This document shows, one piece after another, positions 62,301 through 64,000 of a DNA stretch of 64,000 bases (positions are counted from its first letter, which is position 1; each line of letters opens with the position of its first letter). Source of the stretch: an uncultured virus (IMG/VR IMGVR_UViG_3300036852_000709) (taxonomy: Duplodnaviria; Heunggongvirae; Uroviricota; Caudoviricetes); IMG/VR virus record IMGVR_UViG_3300036852_000709, one strand, 5' to 3'. The position numbers and the translations under genes were made by a program. A model generated the notes under the pieces. It was not told the DNA's origin, did not search any database, and saw only the letters and a list, made by a program, of their open reading frames with translations.

Positions 62301-63125
62301 ATGACCATGAGCGAAGAGAAAAGAGATCCGAAGGTGCTGCGTGTTGGCGCAGAAAAACGTGGGAATGCGTTTACCTTCGACCCTGCGAAATTGATCCTGC
62401 GCTCCGAGCCTGGGCACGACGACTACGATCCACGCTCCGCGATCGACGAGTCGGATCCGCGATTTCAGCGGCTGCTGAAACAGATTCGTCGCGTCGGCTA
62501 CGTGATCGAAAACATCGTCGTACGCCCGATTCCTGGCGACACGATCTGCGCCAAGGTGATTGAGGGGCAGCAGCGGGTGCGATGCCTGCGGATTATCAAC
62601 GACGAGTTGATCGCGAAGGGGATGAAGCCGATCCTGATTGTGGGAACTCCTGAGCGCGTTGAGAGCGAGGGCGCAAGCGCTGAGATGGGCGTCATGCTCA
62701 ACAACACCCGTGTTGTGAGCACGTGGGCCGAAAACGCCGCGCAGGTGCGCCTGTTCCAAAAGCAGGGTCGTTCGACCGAGGAGATCGCCGAGATGTTCGG
62801 CCAAACGCCGAATACGATCCGAGTCTGGCTCCGAAAGGCGGATGCAGCCGAGGCTGTGGCGGCAGGGGCGAAGCCCGTCGAGCCCAAGAAGTACGAGAAG
62901 CGTCTTCCCCCCCGCCGCGACGCCATCCGCCTGCAAACGGCGATGGCCGAGCAAGGGGTCAATGGCGAAGCGCGCGCGCTAATGAACTACCTCCTGACGG
63001 GCGAGATCGATGCCCTCGCGTCGTGTCCAAACCTCGAGGCGGCGGCGAGGCAGGCAACAGGAGATGCATCCGGCGCCGAGGGCGGCATTGGCGCGAACGG
63101 CGCAGTGGAGTCGGCTGCGTCATGA
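62301..63125 (+). CDS. ParB/Srx-like N-terminal domain protein with HTH
   Basis: 'L...IRRVG.VIENIVVRP...VIEGQQRVRCL', 'N..R', 'G.STEEIAEMFG.T..TIR.WL'. Confidence 0.7.
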   Translation: MTMSEEKRDPKVLRVGAEKRGNAFTFDPAKLILRSEPGHDDYDPRSAIDESDPRFQRLLKQIRRVGYVIENIVVRPIPGDTICAKVIEGQQRVRCLRIINDELIAKGMKPILIVGTPERVESEGASAEMGVMLNNTRVVSTWAENAAQVRLFQKQGRSTEEIAEMFGQTPNTIRVWLRKADAAEAVAAGAKPVEPKKYEKRLPPRRDAIRLQTAMAEQGVNGEARALMNYLLTGEIDALASCPNLEAAARQATGDASGAEGGIGANGAVESAAS

Positions 63126-64000
63126 GTACGAGCGGCGCGGCAACGCTCGGCTCCATCCGGCGGGTGCTGCGGGTTGGCGGCATCCCTTGCACGGGCGACC
63201 CGCGGCAGTGCGGTGTGATGGTCGTCGAAAGCGGATTGCGCGCAACGGTGGAACCGATCGTTTCGGTGGAAGATCCGATGGGCGAGATGAAGCCTGAGGA
63301 CGTCGCCGCGATGCTCGCGTGGGCAACTGTGGTGCTTAGGCGTGCGGGGTATAAGGCACACAACCACGGTTGGAAGATCACAGTTATGGAGCGGCGCACG
63401 ATCGCCGCGTGAGGAACGATGGACATCAACCAATGGTATTGGACCAAGCGACGTGAGGACGAAAAGCGTCCGCACAACAACCGCAAGCCCACGCGGAAAG
63501 AACTCGCAGCAAAACTGGCGTCCACGTGGATCGTGGTTCCGCCGCCGATGCGCGGGCATCGATCGAGGCACAACAAAGTGACCATCGCATCGATGCGGAG
63601 AAGGGCATGAAAGCGCGGCGAGTGTCGGACATCCTAGCCGACCTGACAGGCGAGCAGGTTGACCGCGTGACCAGCGGGCTCGAGGCGTTCGTTCGATTCG
63701 CCGCGCGAGGATCAGCGCCTGTGCCTCGGCTCAAACCGGAGGAGTGGGATATCGTCGAGCGGTTGGTTGATGCCCCCGATGACATGACCTGTGACGACGT
63801 GCTGCACTCGCTCGCGATGCGAGGCTCGCGGGAGATGAGGGCGTGAAACAGGCAAAGGACGTGGCCGCCGAAATGCTCGACGCCGAGCACGTGTACGACA
63901 AGCATGGCGATGGATGGCGCGTTCACATCAGCGATGATGTCGATTACATCGGGCTCGAGGTCCAACTAAGCGAGTGCCTCGGTGAGCAGATACGAGGCGA

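Noticed and set aside
62016..62954. 312-aa - strand ORF and similar long shadow ORFs (e.g. 10565-11242, 31241-31948, 25065-25961)
   Set aside because: Antisense or alternate-frame shadows of better-supported genes, expected in high-GC DNA.
1..64000. CRISPR array, DGR/reverse transcriptase, rRNA or IS transposase
   Set aside because: No regularly spaced repeat-spacer series, RT (YxDD) protein, rRNA-like segment or DDE transposase was seen by eye.

Overview
GC-rich 64-kb segment of a temperate tailed phage or prophage with a contractile tail. The host is probably in the Myxococcota (Polyangiaceae/Sorangium-like), inferred from the style of its Cys-rich lipoproteins, integrase and GH9 gene. Left half (about 1-43.6 kb): Mu-like baseplate genes (hub, spike, gp46, gp47/J, gp48), tail-fibre-like genes and candidate lysis genes on the + strand. 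They are in canonical order but repeatedly interrupted by clusters of small accessory genes, mostly on the - strand, many preceded by a recurring TTG-N3-(16 nt)-TAnnnT promoter motif with TGGT just before the -10, often leaderless. Cargo includes DNA methyltransferases, a Mom-like protein, a secreted GH9 glycoside hydrolase, a duplicated DUF5678-like/retropepsin cassette, an HNH-AP2 endonuclease and many Cys-rich lipoproteins. Right half: an HTH gene beside a triple operator, a tyrosine integrase, RusA, a DnaC-like loader, an iteron-bearing replication initiator, an Rnl1-type RNA ligase, a Cro/CI-like switch and a ParB-like protein. The most striking unexplained element is a roughly 1.2-kb non-coding, promoter-preceded, highly structured - strand region (about 44870-46090). 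It holds three aberrant tRNA-like folds (two with a His-type G-1:C73 acceptor) and free-standing hairpins whose loops match tRNA-Ile(GAU) and tRNA-Leu(UAA) anticodon loops, making it a candidate tRNA-decoy or large ornate phage ncRNA. All protein family calls are from motif recognition by eye; no searches were run.
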